From positions 39,370,001-39,434,000 of the forward strand of contig OZ024747.1 in NCBI GenBank assembly GCA_964016885.1: 64,000 bases of DNA. The letters are read 5' to 3'. The translations under genes were made by a program, and so were the position numbers. The first letter of the stretch is position 1. Every line of letters starts with the position of its first letter. This stretch comes from Eledone cirrhosa (Eukaryota). Shown here piece by piece: positions 58,895 to 64,000 of the stretch. The notes below the pieces were generated by a model. It did not search any database. It saw nothing but the letters and a program-made list of their open reading frames with translations, and was not told the origin of the DNA.

Positions 58895-61180
58895 ATATAT
58901 ATATAGTGACGAAACATAAGTCAATTGTATGAACTCATAATCATTTATTTATCGCTATATATATTTCGATGATAGCCATTGTATGGCTATGACCTCATCA
59001 GGCAATTAGTAAGTTCTTAGATATGCCAGCTCTGGGTTTAGGGATAATTTAATGTTGTCAGCAGAAATAATCTTAACTCTCATTGGACAGCTTGTAGATG
59101 CTAGTAGGATTGGTATTTGACCTCAAAGAGGTAGGTGGTGTTGTAAAGTTCAAACCGTCCGGCAAGACGACAATAGATCTATATGACTGATTTTCACAAA
59201 AAGCATTCCTGGTCAGATATATATTCAATTGAGGTTTTTAGTATGAAATTCGATACTACAGGGTATTCTTAAATTGAGGAATTTATGTGGGGTGGTAATA
59301 CTGAAAATTATGGTTAGAGTCAAATACTTAGAAAGTTTACATATAAAAAGATTTATGTTGGTTGACTTGTATATACACTCACACCCACACCCACCCCCAC
59401 AGACACACAGACACAGATCTACACACACAAGTCCATACAGATACGTATATATATGTATGTACACAGAAGTGCGTATATATATATATACAAAAGAGTCCCC
59501 CATATTCAAGCATATGGTAGACATAACACACAACGCACGATTTCGGGCACTCATTCATGCGTATAGGGTTAGTACGTTAGGGTAATTGCTCATCTTGTGT
59601 GGGCCACTTTCCGATTCATCAGGTTCAAAAACGTGGTTTTGCTGACTCCTAACCAGTGGAGGATGTGGTGGACAATTCACTTTGGCGACCACAAACTATG
59701 GGTGGGTGTTGTTGCCCATTCGTCATTGGCACAGGGTGTAGAGAGCCCTACATGGGGGGGGGCTTAACTCTGCCAGTTTCATGTATCTCACGAATTCATT
59801 AGTGCTTGCCCAGTGTGTGAGGAGCTACGGGAGTGGGCCTATGAGGGCGGTGTGTGTAAAAAAGTACGTGGCGGTGCTAGCCTATTGTAGGTGTGCCTAA
59901 ATTACTACTAATGCGTGGTGGTAGGAGGTAGGGGGTGAAAAGGGCATTGTGGGAGGCCCTATCCGGGGTTTATCCATACAGCTTGAGGAAAGTTCCCATC
60001 CTAAGGTGTCTGCAGGTGCCGAATAAGTCGGCCCTTCTGTTTAATAGCTTGGTTCCGCCATTAAGTATCTCGAGTGTCTCACTAAGACAGAGGTTGCAAA
60101 TACCAGACCCACATCTGTCTGGGGGAATCTTTCTAACCACGGACCAGACCAAAGAGTGCGATGTCCCTTCAAGTGTTAGCTTCAAGATCAATTCAGAAAG
60201 GGCTGTACATTTCCTCTTGTCTACTCTGTTAAAGGAGTGGCGATGGTTATACCACGTAGCTTTGAAGCTCGTCACCGTGGATCCTATGTAGTGGTGCTCC
60301 GAGTTAGTAGTTGTGACCCTGCACCTGTAGACTACGTTTTTCGTCATGGATTCATTACTAAGGGGGAATAGTGATGGGTTTCTCAATTGCATGACTTTTT
60401 AGCACCTGCACATGTACAGTGGGGTTACCATCAGGTGGGCTTGGCTGAGTAACCGCCGCATTCAGTACAGGGTCGTTGGATTGCGCTGTGCTAGTTGGGC
60501 CTGTCTGGGGTCTGGTGTGTCCCGTGTGCTGGTTCCGTTGGGTGGCTCCGGGGTTTACGGTGGTATTAGAGGCATTGAGCCTATTCCTATTTATGCTGAC
60601 TATGTGCTGGGCTATGGAGTGGGTGGTTGAGTAGGATAGTTTGACCGTGTGCCTGTTGAATATTTTATGGTATCTGTGTGCCCTAGGGATACATTTATCC
60701 AGTACTCTAAAGTATGTTCTAGCCAGGCTGGTACGTAGAATCACCGAGAACGGGGGGTTATACCACGTGAACTTCCTGGTCCTATTCCTGTGGGGTAGTT
60801 AGGTGTCCGCTGTGGTCCGTCGCGGGGTTGTGCACAACACAGGTTCAGCTCAGTTGGTGTTACTCAGGTATGCAAAGCAATTCGTTGTTAGGTCAGTATC
60901 AAGAGGGTTATATGGGCACACCGTGGGGCTATAAACCTGCGCGGTGTGGCCTCCCTGCTCAATGAGTGTTCGGCGGGCGGTGGGGCAGGGGTGGCTATGT
61001 TTCGCATTATAGTGGTCTTCAGTGTTGTAGGTATTAGACCGGTGGGGTATGCATGACCTTCCACCGGGTGTGGTGGTGGTTAGGGGTCTGGGAGTATTAT
61101 TACTGGTCACCGTGGTATTAGGTGGGCGACTCATGCCCCTGAGGGTATTGCCCCAGGGCACCCTTGGGTGATCTCGATCA
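58895..61180 (-). mobile_element. PLE (Naiad-like) 3' portion: GIY-YIG + long 3' UTR + HHR at 58951-59006
   Basis: KIFNRHTVKLSYS, NVVYRC..HYIGSTVTSFKATWYNHRHSF, CNLCLSE, LLNRRADLFGTCRH. HHR reads attgc-CTGATGA-ggtcatagccat/aca/atggctatcatc-GAAATATATA-tagcgat. Confidence 0.85.
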
Positions 61181-61214
61181 TATATATAAATATATATATT
61201 TATATATATATATA

Positions 61215-62582
61215 TATTGTTATACATTGGGAGAGTCATGTTGCCAATAAGAAACACACGCACCAGATGCTTTCACTTCAATTTATTATAATAAATTTAT
61301 AAATTTAGGAATTTATAAATTTCCGGTTGGTTGGTTGGTTGGTTCCACAACCAGATGATTGTTTATATATTGTCAAAGTTCTTTCGTCACACATTCGGTG
61401 ACTTCTTCAGTGACTGGGGATTCTTTTCTTTGTTTTTGTGCCTCTCCTTTGTTCTGTCGTACGCATTCTTATTTTTGTGTGTGTTGTGTGCTTAGTTTGC
61501 GTATGTGTTACATCCGGGTGTATGTGTGTGTTGATATTTGTTTATTTATTTGTTATTTACATGTTACTGGTTGATTGTTTGTTCTATGTGCGTGTGTGTT
61601 TTCATTTTGTCCTTAATTGTAAGTTGTGATGTTGCTGTTCCATTCATGTTTTCTATTTAATTTTGGTTGGAGTTCATTTATGTTTATTGCCTCTGTGATT
61701 TGTCTAAACATTGCGTCTTTTCTGTGTGTAGATTCTATTTTTATTTTTATGTTCACTAATTTAACCTTATGTTCTATTTTAACATGTTGGTAGAGTACAG
61801 ATGATTCTTTACTATCTTAAAGGTCTCGACAGTGTTCATTTATCCGTTCCCCTATACTAAAAGCTGTCTCACCTATGTACACTATATTCTTATCTCTACA
61901 ATGTCCTTTAGTACATCTTATGCTATATACTACATTTCTAGTTTTACAGTTAATATGGGGGCTTAATGTACAGATTATACATTTCTTATCTATACAGGGT
62001 GGTCTTTGGAAAGGGTATGTATTGCTAATAAGTGTTTTATGGAGGTACCTTGTCTTTCTACTATCTTAATATTGAGTTTATGTTTATTTAGGGCCCTTCT
62101 AAATTTGTAAGCTAATTCACCTCTAGGAGTTGCATCGATGAACATTACACTGTGGTATTTACTGTTATGATACCGTGAGTTTATTCTATTAACCTTATTC
62201 CTAGTTATTTCTATTCTATTCCAAAATTTGCTCCTATACAAGGGGCAGGTCCCATTTGTGTCACTATTTACCATTTTTTTCCATTTGGTTCTGGCTCCTC
62301 TATATACTCTGATTTTATCTCTCTGATTGTAACCAGAGAACTGCATACGGTGGATGAAGTGTTGTATGTGTCTCTCTAGTTCTTTGCGGTTGCACATGCG
62401 GGACACGTTTCTCATCACCCGTACCAAATCCGCAATCAGTATGTTGATTTTGGTATGGTCCGAAACAGCTGAGTTTCGGTGTATCAGATATTTGGAAGTC
62501 ATGGGTGTGGCACAATTGGAATGGAGGATTTGTTTTTTGTTATTAATGGTATCTAACCAGATTTCTGTATCTTGTTCAAGAA
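61215..62582 (-). mobile_element. PLE 3' portion in inverted orientation (thumb + GIY-YIG + 3' UTR, HHR at 61372-61414); relative of the 4321 element
   Basis: SKYLIHRNSA..ILIADLVRVMRNVSRMC, VMFIDATPRGEL. HHR reads gtca-CTGAAGA-agtcac/../gtgac-GAAAGAACTT^tgac. Confidence 0.85.
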
Positions 62583-64000
62583 TGTGACAAGCTTTTTAAC
62601 AAGAAACTAGAGTGGCTCAAACAGATAAAACTAAATCAAGATACTTAAGAGAATATCGATAGATATTCCGACAAATTTCACGGTATAAATATGGCCGACA
62701 TCTCATTAACAGATGAATTCAACAACAACAACACAAATATATACGGCAACACTACGGTCGACTCTGATGAATTATCGATATTACAAATACCTCCTAAGTA
62801 TGCCACATATAATAAGGTAAATATAATAAAATGCTTGTCAGAAATAGAAAAATTATATACAAAATTACGTTGGAGCCTCAAAAACAAAAACACAAGTAAC
62901 AACATACGCACACACACACATATACGACACACATCCCAACAACAACAGACACACAGACACAAACAACAATAACAACAACACACACATCAACAATAATAAC
63001 ATGCACAGAAACAACTACAACAAACACGCAGACACAAACAACAATAACAACACGCACAACAATAATAACATACACGGAGACAACAACAACAACACACATC
63101 AACAACAGCACAAATCAACAACAACAACAACAACACACACAAATTCTATACCTCTCACCACCACCACAATCTTAACAAACACACAGACACAGGGAAACAG
63201 GTAATGATAGTAGCACAGAAATAAGGGAAGGTAATAGGATTGAAAGGAGAAGGGAGACTATGGACAGAGAAAATAACCAGGACGAACACACAGACACACA
63301 GAATAGAGTAGATAATAACAATGAGCCAGAGGAAAGAGTCAGGAGTAATAATGAGAGACATAGAAACAACCATGAGGCTGTTGGTGGAAATAGAAATAGA
63401 AACAACACAACTAACAATAACAATAGCATTAGTACACATAAAGCAGCAGCCTGGAACTCTACTTCTTATAATCCTTCCGATAAATCGTTCGACCTGCCAC
63501 GAGTCCACGCCACGACTTTAGCTTTTAACAAACGCACGCAATTGCCGTCGCATGTCGATGAACAAACAGAAGCACAATTTAGTATAGCTACACCTAAACT
63601 TAGAAATATTATAGAACAGTATAGCTAGAAGCAAAATAGAATGGAGGCCCAGCAACTGGGAGAAAAATATGCAAATGGATTGCGTAAGCTCATTCAGCGC
63701 TCGCGTAATGGAGAAATTGCATGCTTTCCAACAGAACAGTCTGGCAGAATGTCGGTTGACAGTCTGTCAAACTACATCCAGGCAATGCAACCCCACATCA
63801 CTAACACAAGAGAAGTAACACCACAAGAGCATGAGGATAGAGAAAAACCCTCAATGCCCATATGATGATGTGGACAAATATAATGCAGCCCAACAAAAGA
63901 ACTGCCAACAACTTCCAGGCATGGAACAATGACGAGCCAGCGTTGTATGGCCTTCGAAAAGACCATAAAACGAGCAGTGACCCTGTCACAGGACCACCAA
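62583..64000 (+). pseudogene. PLE ORF N-terminal region (runs off the window), with an Asn/Thr/His low-complexity insert
   Basis: PPKYATY..EIEKLYTKLRW, FPTEQSGRM (TDKSG-like), ANNFQAWNNDEPALYGLRKDHK, which matches 4083-4235. Confidence 0.75.

Noticed and set aside
48820-60790. Selenocysteine (UGA) recoding as reported for some Naiad PLEs
   Set aside because: The readable Cys positions use TGC/TGT. The TGA at ~49243 replaces a Trp, the one at ~60383 coincides with a frameshift, and no convincing SECIS was seen.

Overview
AT-rich, microsatellite-dense animal genomic DNA with no intact host gene. The tRNA-derived SINE family present is the kind I associate with octopus/cephalopods, but this is inference. 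The window is almost entirely repeats. It holds at least six decayed Penelope-like retroelement (PLE; RT + GIY-YIG) pieces from about three lineages and a ~13.7 kb head-to-tail cluster of degenerate R4/Dong-like (RT + restriction-like endonuclease) LINE copies. It also holds a ~5.9 kb Helitron pseudogene with an intact 3' hairpin/CTAG and eight SINEs. The signal invisible in the ORF track is about 30 type I hammerhead ribozyme (HHR) motifs read by eye: roughly 20 have an intact or compensated core, and they span more than 10 unrelated sequence types. Some lie in PLE 3' terminal repeats. Many lie in short non-coding 310-590 bp tandem or fold-back units inserted in (TA)n tracts, which resemble non-LTR retrozymes (circular-RNA-forming parasites of PLEs). 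The best case is a near-identical 310 bp array with six perfect HHRs (52011-53935). It shares an ~80 nt module with an otherwise unrelated ~320 bp unit carrying a U3-A8 variant HHR (6598-7318). All structures were paired by eye; no folding software or database search was run.
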